From Pocillopora damicornis (Eukaryota): 64,000 nucleotides of DNA. The translations under genes were made by a program, and so were the position numbers. Below the pieces are notes generated by a model. That model did no database searches and was not told where the DNA came from. It saw nothing but the letters and a program-made list of their open reading frames with translations. Location of the stretch: NCBI RefSeq assembly GCF_003704095.1, contig NW_020843645.1:62001-126000 (forward strand), written 5' to 3'. This document shows, in pieces, positions 27,501-38,077 of this stretch; the stretch's first letter is position 1; every line of letters starts with the position of its first letter.

Positions 27501-30500
27501 TAACTAGGAAACACAATCACGCTACCTTCAAGAGCTGATTACAACTAAATTACATCAAATCCAACCCGAGGCTTCCAATCCAAAAGACAACCTGTTCAAG
27601 GCGCTTGATAGTGAAATTATGTACCCTTTATAGAACTCAAGACCCGCAAAATCATACCCTGATTGGCGGCTCATATCATTTCGAGCCAAATAACGAGGTG
27701 TTGTCATGGCAAGACGCTTACCATAACGGTACGATCAGTTCCTTAGCATAAAGAAACCTTTGTTTTCTTCTTCGGCAAACACCAATAATACTCATGTTTC
27801 TTTCAAGAATTAGATGTCAGACCTTGTGATCATTACTTACTTCCTAATTGGACTGCCGTCAACGCCGTTGTTATGGTTGACTTTAAATGAGTCTTCCAGC
27901 CATTCCAGCAACTTATGAGTGAATTCACTGACATCCTAAAAATAAAAGAAATGCAGAAATCAACCTTCAATATGAGCGCTGAAAGACGTGCGTTTCTCCG
28001 CCCGCGGACAAATTTGAGGCGAGTCGGGGAGAGGTTTACCAAGGGTCTGGCACTGATTATGAGGTTTCCTTATTAGCAAGGCTTGCGTTGCTCAAAGCCT
28101 CATACTTCCCCGAAGACGAAGAAATGCTTATGCCAAGCGCTAATAATGAGGGCAGGCCTGCAAACTAGGCAAAAATCGATAGGGACATTGTCAACAATGA
28201 TTGCAAGACCCTTGGGCCATGGACGAAAAAAAAAAAAAAAAAAGAGAAGAGAAAACACAATCAATTATCACTAGAATGTGAACAATGAAGGAAAAGGAGT
28301 AAATACAGTCATTAGACTTTCATTTTGTATTCTGTGATTTTGATCACGCCGCATTTGTTTTCCAAATTACATTTCCTACAAGGGTCCTTAAATGTATATA
28401 CCTGTTGGTTTCCAGGATTACTTTCACTCCCATTATACTTCAGAGCTTCCTTTAATATCTGCAAGCAAATAATTTTTAAAGGAAGATGTGGTCACCAACA
28501 AAACCCCACTAAAATCTACTCTATCAACAAGTGCAAACGTGATAATCTAATTCAGAGAACACATGCCAGCTCTAGTGAACTAAGATGACATCCTGAGGCA
28601 GGACCAAGTTATGGAAAAAAACCTGCATTGGGAAAGAATTGTTTGGAGCCAATTAGAGAGTAAGTACTAGTCATTAGACCCAGTGCAGGTCACTGCCAAT
28701 GACAATCAATTGAAGGAAGAAATTTCATTCCCCTTCCAAAAAAAAAAAAAAAATTAAAATTTCTGTTATTTTCTCCACTGGCTTAGCTAAGGAAGGCCCC
28801 CAATTGGTTGCTCACACCCATTTGTTTGTTTTTGTGCTTTAGAGTTCAAGTAAAGACACACACCTGTACAGCTTTGGTTGGATCCACATATTTTCTTTTA
28901 CTACCAAGCATTAAGGCAAATAAGAATCGCAGCTCTGTCATGAAAGACACACGATAACCATCCTGTGAAACACAATAAAAAGGACAGCAAGTGAAACAAG
29001 GAAAATCCCCACACAAAATTTGCTGATGTTGTCACATTTACTTTATCACAAAAAAGGAAACAAAAAGCTGAATTTCATCCCTAAATAAAAATTTGTTCAC
29101 ATAACACCCAATGCTTCTAATAGCCCATTCACACACTTTACCAACCCAAGCATAATTACTCATGCCAATATCAACACAATATAACTGAAAGTAAATAAGT
29201 ACTGAGATCTCAGCACTAGCAATATAATAATTATATGGCAGAGGATGAGGAGAATTACAATTGAAATCTCCAGCATAGAAAGTTCACCATAATTTCAGTT
29301 ATAGATCAAGAGTTGACCAGACAGCCCAGTGGAAAAGTATCTGACCTCTTAACAAATGTACATAAGAATATTGGCCTTACAAAGTCTTTTGAATCTTATC
29401 TGCAACAACAAGATTCAACTAAACGCTGTACATGTAAATACCACAGACATATACAGATTCAGAGTCAACCAAGCAACAGTTAAATGACACTAGAAAAGAT
29501 CATCACTCACCTCAGGTTTTTCCTGAGGATCCAGTGGAGGAGTATAGTTAAGAACCAGTCGTCGGAAAACAGGAAGATGAAACAATGACTGTTGAGTAGG
29601 AGGGAAAAAGAAAAGGGCATTGCCAGGAAACACTGATAAGAAATTTACTGGGTAAAATGATTTCTTTTCTAAAGTCAGGAAAAATATTTTTTAGCCACAA
29701 TAATAATAATAGTAATAATAATAAGTTTATTGCAAAAAGGCAGAGACAGAGTTTCATCAGTATGATAACTTCATGTGAGTAACCAGAGTAGAAATTCTCC
29801 TTACAATAACAATAAAATATCAAAAAAACAAGTGATGAGAATAAAGAAAAATATCAATGAGGGGATTAATGGTTGATCCAATATCAAATTCTCTGGACTA
29901 ACATCATAGCATTTGTAAGGCAGACAGTAAGGAGAAATACTGGTGAGATCTTGAAAGTAAAAGGACAACAAGAAATGGACAACAGATGAGGCCCTGGTCA
30001 AACTGCTGTTAGTATTTGACTAGTAACAGATGTTTCATTGTTCCATGCAAAGCAATTCAAAGGTTTGTCTGAACACAAATCTTTTGTCTGCTTCATATGT
30101 GGATTTCTTTAGCATCCCTGTTTACTAACACCAGCCATGAAATATGATTATGTTAACTGGAGTAGTGATTGGGAATGCAATATACCTACTTTTTCTTTTC
30201 TGTGAAAATATAGCTAGGACAAGTGGGTAAGAATTTCAGATCAAACATCTGTGGCAAGCTTTTTCTTACACAAAAACCTGTATGGTGTAAGTTAGTGCTC
30301 AATACCATTTTTTTTGGGCTGTTTTTTTTTTACTTATGGGTCTTCCTTGAAAAGGAGGGACTAGTCATAAACTACTGTTAAAGCATCTGAGTCCTAATTT
30401 CTGTTATACTGGAATACAACTTGCAAGGGTTACCTAAATCTTTGAAATCTCAATTTATCACAAGAAGAGTACAATTCATACTTCACATTTGAGATAAAAA

Positions 30501-33500
30501 ATCATATATGTTCTGGAATATAGTGTGCCTCTTGTTTAGTGGGAAATTTGCTAGCAAGAGAAATGCATGAACTGATGAGTCTTTAAGAATACACCAAAGT
30601 ATAGAATTCTTATGCACCAAAATGATGACACTGATGAGTCTCCAAGTTGTCAACATATCTGTAGTAACAGATATACAAACCTGAATGACAGCACTAAACC
30701 AGCATGTGTTCCCTACATTCTTCAGGCCCACAGGGCACCCATCTAAGCGCTGACGCTCATAAGGATTCACAGGATCCACAAACCTCACCCAAGGATCACC
30801 TCTCTTCCGCTTTAGACCAGATTTATTTTCTGCTAAACTGGCTTCTAAAACCCTTCAAAAGAACACAAATGCCAAAATGAGTTTTCTTCAGTGGCTCATG
30901 AAGAAATTGCATATGAAAACCTGGTATTGGAAAAAATATCACTGACCACTAAATGTAACAAGACAACAGGATTATAGAAGTGAAACACTTATCTAAAAGT
31001 TTTATTCTTTTGACACACCAATTCTTTGATGGATAAATATGACCACATGATTTCATGCTTTTTCCTCGACAATGGCATCAACAGCTTATGACCATTTAAT
31101 TAGAAAGAGCAATTATAGTTATGTATTCATCAGTTAGAGGTTTAGTACTTAATGAATATTTAAACCATTTTCAATATTTTAGGAAATGAAAATCATGTAA
31201 TGAATAATTAGAAGAAAGTAAAAAGACCCATAAATGGTGAACAATCTTATCCCTTTAACCCCTAAGAGTGATAAGCATCTAATTTCTCCCAACAGTATCA
31301 CCCCTGAATCACACATTAAGGTCATGAGAATAGAAGAAATGATCCCAAACTCAAGAAGCTCTTGATTGTTAAACAGATTCTCCTTGACAGCATCTTAGGA
31401 AATGTGTACAGATCAGTATGGAGAACTTTCATTCTGATGCTAGGGTGTAAAGGGTGGGTTAAACATGATCTTGAAGTTTGAAAAATATTGTACCTGCTTA
31501 TATCTTGTTCTTCTACAGTTATACCCTAAGATCAAAAGAACATAAACTTAAGAATGTAAGTTGCTACAACAATTCATAAATTTTTTAACTTGTTAATTAA
31601 AACATGCTGTGCCTCAATTTTATTTCTTAGATTAACAGATTTCAACCAGGTTTGATGATATTTTGAATTCTTTTGCCAAAGAAAAATTAGAGTCAAACTG
31701 TCTTGATTAATTCTAAAAGAAGGGAAGAATTCTTCTTGCATTGTGTTGCACATCACTGTAAATTTTAGTTCCTAAATGTAAATAACTTGGTGCATCTTTT
31801 CTAAATCAGCTATTTGATTGGTATCCTAGTCTTGTTTCTAAATAATGCCAAAATATGTTAAACCAGCAATTTTAATTGCCTCCAGTATTCTCCCAACAAA
31901 TTTTAATATAACAAAGTGTATACCACACCTGTGCCTCTCGTAAACTAAGAGCAATTGCATATTCCAAGTCTTCTGTCTCTTTCGTAAGGTCAATTACATC
32001 AGCTAAAATGATTAAAAATTATATTAAGAAGAAAATAATACTGATGTTGAATGGTTAGTAAGCATGTACAGTCCTGCTATTTTATTCAAAATGGGTGCCC
32101 CTAATATCTGATAGATGGAAATTCGGTACAAGTGTTCAATTTAAAGAGGCATGAAAATACCACATGGGTCAACACAATGACCTCATTTGAAAGTTTCAAA
32201 GCATCTGAAAAAAAAGGGCACCTATATAAATCCAAATTTATCAATATGCTGTAGTAAGACCCTGTTTAAACACAAAACACACAAACTGCAATGAGCACAC
32301 TTTGCTGTGCTTAGAAGAGTAAAACTAACTCCAGATTGATAATGAAAATTGCTTTCACTACATATAACTGTAAATGATAATAATCAACAAAATCTTACTT
32401 TGTGGTCTGCCAGGAGCATTTTGCGGTCCTATAAAGGTCTGTGTTCCTGTTCCTATCAAAAATTGAATTGAGTTTGGTATCAATCATAAATGGTGGCACT
32501 TGGTTATCAAAAGTTTACACCCTACCATAAAGGTGACTTTAGATAGGCTGAGATCAACATATTAAGATTCATTTTCTGTCTTTAAATGAGACATACCTTG
32601 GTTCCTTGGAATTTCTATTTGGATATTTGGATGTCATTGAAACAATACAGTCAATAAGCTGGTTTCATTCTAGAAAAAATTCTCGACATTGGGGTGGTTT
32701 ATAAACTTGTTTTTCAATCAATTTGTCCTGTAAAACCTACTTTCTAACCTAGTCTAGTGCAGTTTTTTAAAGCCACTGGTAACCAAAGTTTTTTGGAAAG
32801 TCTGCTGACTTGTGGAAAAAAGAATTTGTGTATTTTCATGAATCTGTGTGATAAGCACACACGAATGTACTGTAAGAGATCTTAAAACAACTTACCCGTT
32901 TGGTTTGCAACACCCTGTTGGAGACAAAAAGACAGTTGTTTTCTTTTCCATTTATCTATCACATATACCCATTGAACAAGCCCACAGCAGGAGATGAGCT
33001 AGCCTAAAGCTCACCTGACATGAGAGATAGAAAGTCATAAACCTTAAAAACAAATATCTATCTTATAAATCAGCACTTTGCTTCCCTTTACAATAAGCAA
33101 ATGTACTTTTTGTTTCATGAATTGATTATGTGATGAATCATTCATCACCATGTTATCTCCAATGGCATTAACTCTAATATACAATTACACAAACATACAC
33201 ATATCCACAACCCCCAATTTTCTGACTGACAAAGGGAACACTGAAATCATCATCTTTTCCAAATTTCCTGTGGTGCTTTGACTGACCTCATCTGGTTCAG
33301 GGTTGTAACTAAAGAAATTGTCTGTCATTTAAGATTAGAACTGAGAATGCTCAAAGGGAGATCTGGAAACAAGAGTTGCACCTAATCTTTCTCAGCTACT
33401 GAACTATGCCAGTAGCCAGCACTTAGAAAAAACTTACAGCTCATAATCAGCCAATAGGTTTACAAGCTACTAAGTCAATCCATGCATACCTAGAAGTATG

Positions 33501-36412
33501 AAGTACAACCACATCCAAGAAACAGAAATACACCATTAACAAGATTGTTGCTGAGAAATTTCAGCTACCAACTAAAAATTTCAAGTGAGGGGGCTCAATT
33601 ATGGTGCATCCAAGAAGGTGCTTTGTGTGCGATAAAAAACTGGACCTTAGGGTTTGTGAAAACACTTGTTTCCCAGCCATTTGCAAAACTAACACTAAAG
33701 TTTGTGAGACTTATATTTAAATCTTTTCAAATAGATGACAGTCTTTTATTTGCTTTAGCGAGTTAATGCAAGTCAAAGCTGCTTTTTCCTGCTGAAAATT
33801 TCACTGGCTGCCAGTGCCCAACAACAACCTTGCCATATACCAGAAACATGACATCAAAATGTGAAAAGCACCTTTAATGAGGCATTAGGATTCTGAGTGT
33901 CTGTCAACATTGCTATCGCTCTTTGAAGGTCATTGCCACTGGCCTGAAGATACAGCAATGAAAGGGATTCAGAATTATAAAATCAATTCCAGTATCAATT
34001 TTAACCCTTTAAACCCAAAGAGTGACCATAATCTAATTTCTCCTTAGAGTAACACTACAGAATCATTCATTAAGATCATAAGAATAAAGAAAATGAATGC
34101 CAACTAAAGATACTTTGATTTTTAAATGAATTCTCCTTGTCAGTTCCAAAGGAAATGCATAGAAAAGATTATAGAGAACATGGATACTGATGTTAGGGTG
34201 TGAAGGGTTTAAATATAGAAAGGAAGAAGACATGACCAATGCAGAGTCTGAATTGAGTGGTCTAATGGGTTATGCAAAGAGTTTTAAGGGTGGTCCTGAG
34301 AAGGACTGTTGTAGGTAGTACTGACTGACAATTGAATAGTAACCTCAGTGGAAGTAGTCATTGAAGGCAAGTTGGCTCCAATGATGACATCCTCTACCAA
34401 GGTTGTCAAAATGTAAGTCATTGCTACCAACAGTAGTCTATCTCATTACTGATCTAACCCAGATGATCAAACTTCACAATCAAAATAATGTTACTCTCCT
34501 ACTCAGAATATTCACTACCTGACACTTAAACTGTTCTGTTTTTAAGAAGAAATATCAGTGTCTGCTTATTGACTTACAATGTAGGCTTGATTGGCTTGAT
34601 CATAGGAAGCACCTGTGGCCTCTACAATCTGATTTAGCTCATCAGTATTAACAATAACCTGAATTCATGGACCATGAATAAGAAAAAACAAACCATCAAA
34701 ATATTTACAAAATCAACATTGAACCACATACTAAATGTGACACTGGTGAATTTTTAATTGACATCATTTGATATTTACTTGTACCCATTTCTTGTAAATA
34801 CTTTGATAATTTATATCCCAAAATTCATTTTCTAAAAATCTAATCCTCAACTGACCTTCTTGAATACATCCTTTCTCTTGCTCATTTCTACTCAATTGGT
34901 CTCAAGACCCTCCCCTCCCCCCCCAAATCCTTGATGGAATACAGTCACACCTGTTTTAAGTGGTCACCCACAGGGTATGGTGGAGTGACCAGCAAATGAG
35001 TGAGTGTTTCTTGGCATGTAATATTTGTCCTGACAGTCCAAAGAAGAGAGAGACATGTTATCTGTAATGCACTGATAACAACTTAATTCAAAGTAATAAT
35101 ATTGACTCCAGGAGATAAACATGGAGTAAACTTTACTTAAGAGAGTATGATTAGTTTATTTAAGTGGTTCTGCCTTACGTCACCCTTTGATACAAGCAGA
35201 ACAAAATACAAACTGGCCACTGGGATGTCTAATAGAGATGAAAATTACAGTACCTAAGGGGAAACAATTTGGTTACTTTGACAACCAACTGCACAATATA
35301 GGATGACCATTTAATATTGTGCTGCATAATACAGGTTCAACTGTACTTCTCTCTGAGAAGAAGAAGAAGAAGGCCAAAAAGGACACCACCAAATAGAAGC
35401 ACTGTTAACTCTTAAATCTAAACTGAACAAACCTCTAAAGAGCAACTCAACCAAAAAGAAAAAAAAAAACTGAAAAACTCACTCACGCAAAATTTGTACA
35501 CATGAAAACAATTCTGTTCTGTCTGAAAGATTTTATAAATGATCTGCTGAGAAGTTCAAACAGTGATAGACCTTCTCAACTGATAAATACAATGGCTTTT
35601 TTTCTTATCGCTGTGTTGGCAACTTGTTGTTAAATTCTGTCTGCTCTAGTTTTCTAAGACAAGAGTACTTGGACACCCAGCCCTTCTTGTAATACACAGC
35701 TTAGCAGATAAAGTGAAATCAATTTTTAACTTGAAACCTTTTTTTGGTCATTACTGTTGTGGGGTGAGTAGCTTCTTGAACTACAAATATTGGTCCCTTT
35801 TAAAAGCACAGCAGACCCATGTAATTAAAACTTGTATCTGATCATTTTGCTATGGAAGTCACAAGAAAAATGTTTTTGACTATTTCAAAAGTTGAGGATC
35901 AAGTTAAATTTCCATGTACAGTTGAAGACACCATGACAAGCAAAGCCATGATCATACACCTGGATCGCGTGGCACAGAGGTAAACATAACATTTAATCTA
36001 GTACTCAGACTAAGATGTTAAAATATAGCAAATTTTACAATATCAATGTCCAGTGGAGTTTGATTCGTTCGTTTCATTAACGTCTTTTTATATTGAGATC
36101 CTTCAAAATTTAAGATTTTTCGTCAATTTTTTCGATCGCACATTGGCTAGCCTTTCTTAACACTGTTTTACCTTTTGGATGCCGGATTTCCTTAACAAAA
36201 ATCCCAATAGTATCTTTCCAGTTCGATCTACCATGTCTTACTCACTAGAATCAGGTCTACATACATTAACTACTAGACTGGTGAACAGTACGTAGCCTAC
36301 TATGAATCAAATACCAAATCTTCATCAAATACACGCTATCGAGAAGAAAGGAACTGAATTTAGCAGTAGATAATCTTACCTTATTAGCGGTTGAAGAGTG
36401 TTCAACTGTCAT
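18596..36412 (-). CDS. USP25: Ubiquitin carboxyl-terminal hydrolase 25/28 (single USP25/USP28-family gene), 24 coding exons, 1013 aa
   Basis: Exons in transcript order, all GT-AG with continuous phase: 36380-36412, 34578-34658, 33872-33943, 32896-32914, 32399-32452, 31929-32002, 31494-31525, 30681-30852, 29511-29588, 28864-28962, 28402-28458, 27841-27935, 26895-26962, 25866-26014, 25151-25278, 24728-24823, 23927-24252, 22934-23004, 22114-22456, 21212-21554, 20809-20881, 20358-20437, 19546-19865, 18596-18774 (3042 nt including TAA). The protein starts MTVEHSS, similar to USP25 MTVEQ. It shows a UBA-like segment, SIM DVIDLT, UIMs [10 protein letters not shown] and EEQDISRVLEASL, Cys box [56 protein letters not shown], and His box [21 protein letters not shown]...FND...SAYCLMY. 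Confidence 0.95.
21583..21745. repeat. Degenerate (TCAG)n tetranucleotide microsatellite
   Basis: tcagtcagtcag-type units with substitutions, in USP25/28 intron 19. Confidence 0.8.
22114..22456 (-). CDS. USP25: USP25/28 exon 19: His box
   Basis: Translates [26 protein letters not shown]...WCKFNDITV...SAYCLMYID. Confidence 0.95.
23578..23876 (-). mobile_element. Non-autonomous Helentron-associated (HINE/DINE-1-like) element containing a tRNA-like cassette
   Basis: 13-bp asymmetric subterminal inverted repeats AGCGGAGCTCGCA (23580-23592) and TGCGAGCTCCGCT (23840-23852). Terminal hairpin GGGGCTaCGC-tct-GCGAGCTCC on the minus strand. Internal (GTACGACC)n microsatellite at 23653-23672. Pol III A box TAGTCCAGTGG (23740-23750) and B box GGTTCTAGTCC (23783-23793) on the plus strand. 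Confidence 0.55.
23927..24252 (-). CDS. USP25: USP25/28 exon 17: catalytic-domain insertion (dimerisation coiled-coil region)
   Basis: Translates [23 protein letters not shown]...[30 protein letters not shown]. Confidence 0.92.
26520..26847. repeat. Interspersed repeat with internal palindromes (unclassified non-autonomous element)
   Basis: ACCGTTTCCACGGAAACGGT palindrome and GGCCCTCGGTC / CCCTCGCGCTCAGTCAGTAAG ends. A related fragment lies at 55558-55713. Confidence 0.45.
27137..27324. mobile_element. hAT-like MITE with 12-bp TIRs and 6-bp TSD
   Basis: CAGGGTTCGTAC ... GTACGAACCCTG, flanked on both sides by TTTATT, with internal TTTCCAGG subterminal repeats. Confidence 0.8.
29770..29964 (+). 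mobile_element. Decayed copy of the piggyBac-like MITE family
   Basis: Shares the AATTCTCCTTACAAT, GATGAGAATAAAG, AAATTCTC and GAGATCTTGAAAGTAAAAGG blocks with the 40039 copy. Confidence 0.5.
30681..30852 (-). CDS. USP25: USP25/28 exon 8: end of UIM2 and catalytic Cys box
   Basis: Translates [57 protein letters not shown], with AG/GT flanks. Confidence 0.95.
31247..31462 (+). mobile_element. piggyBac-like MITE in USP25/28 intron 7
   Basis: CCCTTTAACCCCTAAGAGTGA...CTAATTTCTCC...CAGTATGGAGAA...TAGGGTGTAAAGGG(TGGG)TTAA. Confidence 0.75.
32067..32253. mobile_element. Decayed TA-flanked MITE
   Basis: TACAG...GGGTGCCC ... GGGCACC...CTGTA imperfect inverted ends. Confidence 0.35.
33287..33466 (-). 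CDS. Candidate coupled micro-exons (33438-33466, 29 nt; 33287-33308, 22 nt) in USP25/28 intron 3
   Basis: tag|CTTGTAAACCTATTGGCTGATTATGAGCT|gtaagt and ctttag|TTACAACCCTGAACCAGATGAG|gtcagt. Together they give 51 nt in frame ([17 protein letters not shown]) between phase-0 exons 3 and 4. Confidence 0.4.
34001..34212 (+). mobile_element. piggyBac-like MITE in USP25/28 intron 2
   Basis: TTAACCCTTTAAACCCAAAGAGTGA...CTAATTTCTCC...ATTCTCCTTGTCAG...CTGATGTTAGGGTGTGAAGGGTTTAA; same family as the 31247 and 61657 copies. Confidence 0.75.
34293..34485. mobile_element. Decayed Penelope-like terminal-repeat fragment
   Basis: Inverted arrangement CTGAGAAGGACTGTTG...GACTGAC...AACCTCAGTGGAAGTAGTCAT / ATGACATCCTCTACCAAGGTTGTCAAAATGTAAGTC...CAACAGTAGTC, resembling (from recall) Penelope-like repeats with CpG decay. 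Confidence 0.45.
34942..35343. mobile_element. Tc1/mariner-like MITE, CpG-decayed
   Basis: TA|CAGTCACACCTGT ... ACAGGTTCAACTG|TA termini with TA target duplication. Confidence 0.55.
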
Positions 36413-36765
36413 TACTGTCAAAGCTATCTGGCAGCAAAACGCTGCCGTAATCTACTCACATGTTGACAAAACATAATTACATGCTATCTTTCTGAATCGA
36501 ACGGGTCGAGGTCGGCGCCATTTTGTGATTACCCACAATACATTGTGTCACACTCGACCCAGTCTCTATTATCGCCTAATTTCGGTCTTAAACGCATGCA
36601 CAGTTTAGTTAAGAATGTATTATTAGAAGACTACGTGGTTGTTTTTTAAAACATATTGAGTGCAATTTTTAGGAGTAAAACAGTAAAATGTATGGGTGCT
36701 TGATAATATCTATGAAATTTAAGCGTTGTTCTAGAAAGACGTTATGTTTATCAAATTACACTTTA

Positions 36766-36983
36766 AACGGTTAAGAATATATGAAAGTCATATATTTGAA
36801 CTGCGGATAAAGACGTGAATGAAAGTGATCCTCGCAGTAATGTGCAATACTTAGGCAGTAGTGAAAATTAGGCCTGAAAAAAATTCAGGCCTGTACGTTC
36901 ATGACCTCTGCAATACCGGTGCAGCGCTCTACCAACTGAGCTAACAAGCCAACTGGGAGCTGGTCATGATGTTGGTTCTAAAT
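36766..36983 (-). mobile_element. tRNA-derived SINE-like insertion with 13-bp target-site duplication
   Basis: The minus strand reads GGCTTGTTAGCTCAGTTGGTAGAGCGCTGCACCGGTATTGCAGAGGTCATG, a tRNA-like head with an A box but no B box. Direct repeats AAATTACACTTTA flank it at 36753-36765 and 36984-36996. Confidence 0.75.
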
Positions 36984-37028
36984 AAATTACACTTTAGCGC
37001 AGCCGACAGCACAGTTAGACCAGTCAAA

Positions 37029-37116
37029 GTCATGTAAGAAGTAAGCTAATCTCATTGTCATGTTAGAAGTAAAGTAATCTAATTGTCATATTAGAAGTGA
37101 GGTAATCTAATTGTCA
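37029..37116 (+). repeat. 28-bp tandem repeat, about 3.1 copies
   Basis: GTCATGTAAGAAGTAAGCTAATCTCATT / GTCATGTTAGAAGTAAAGTAATCTAATT / GTCATATTAGAAGTGAGGTAATCTAATT / GTCA. Confidence 0.85.
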
Positions 37117-37201
37117 AATATATATGAATGCACGTTGAATAAGAGCTATTATAGACTAATCATAATTCTTCTTAATTTTGGTAAAAAAGGATGTAAACGT
37201 A

Positions 37202-37338
37202 AGTTTGTACTGTGTTGCCGCATCGGTGGGAGGTAAATTACGAGATTACTTGGTGTAATCAATTGAGTTTCTAATGTAATTTGACCACCGTAAAAATTTT
37301 CTAACGCTGACGTTCTAGCGTTAGCCCTTTCTTGTCGC
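37202..37338 (-). mobile_element. Degenerate hammerhead-ribozyme (retrozyme/Penelope-associated) repeat unit
   Basis: The minus strand reads ...AAGGGCTAACGCTAGAACGTCAGCGTTAGAAAATTTTTACGGTGGTCAAATTAC...CCCACCGATGCGGCAACACAGT. This matches my recollection of the anthozoan minimal-HHR repeat CTGACGAAGGGCTAACGCTCGAAACGTCAGC. Both catalytic boxes are damaged here. Confidence 0.55.
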
Positions 37339-38077
37339 TTTCTCATTTTAACAAATTTACACATCGCAACCGTTAGTGCATGCGAGCCAACCTCGTTTCC
37401 AGGGCTTTTCAGAACGAAGTTTGATACGTACGTGGTCTTTTTGTGAAGTGTCGGCTGTCCCCTGGGGGTCATTACAGACTTGTCCGTTCACAGACCTTAG
37501 GTCATCGTCTGAAAGGGGATCGAAGTATTTAAAATGGCTATGAGCAGCTTATTTTTACCGCATTGTTCAGTCCTTAGTTGCCAATACTTGGATTAGTCTT
37601 GAACTTTCTGTAGCTAAATCATTCAGGCTGGAGCTTTCCAGAATCGAACACAAACAACTTGAGACTTTTTGGCTCAAAAGAATTAAACTAATGGATTTTC
37701 ACGATTAAACAGACAAACAAACAAAATCACGCGCGTTTCGTTTAGACATACTCAAATCCTATCTTAATTTTAATTTACATTGATTTCACGGGCCACTTCA
37801 ATAACCCTAGGTTCCTTTTTGCGGTTAACTCTAAGCGTGCAAGTTAGGGTTGTGGAAGAGACGATCAGGAATTTGAGATTTGGCGTGGCTACCAAGCAGC
37901 TGTGTAACCAAGCTTACAGCTGTTATAGTGGTCATTTCATCTGATCTGGGCAAGGCATTTTCCCTTCGCGCACCGAACCTAACTACTGTAGCCATGCTCT
38001 TTTGGCTATCGGCTCGAAAGTCTTGAAATCCAGCGGTTAGAAACTTAAATTTGAGAAGGAAATTGTCTACATTTGAC

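Larger units (their letters stand above)
36413..38077. promoter_or_regulatory. Shared divergent (head-to-head) promoter region of USP25/28 and CASK
   Basis: The two ATGs point away from each other 1.67 kb apart. The region is CpG-rich relative to the flanking gene bodies. It has a YY1-like CGCCATTTTG at 36516-36525 and a ZNF143/Staf-like TTACCCACAATACATTG at 36529-36545. Confidence 0.7.

Noticed and set aside
30571-30650. Two CTGATGAGTC motifs resembling hammerhead cores
   Set aside because: No GAAA box or closing stems at the required spacing.
33068-33150. Possible intronic C/D-box snoRNA on the minus strand (GTGATGA ... CTGA)
   Set aside because: No terminal stem and no rRNA or snRNA guide that I can recognise.
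37029-37116. CRISPR-like array (28-bp repeats)
   Set aside because: Units are directly adjacent with no spacers, there are no cas genes, and the context is eukaryotic.
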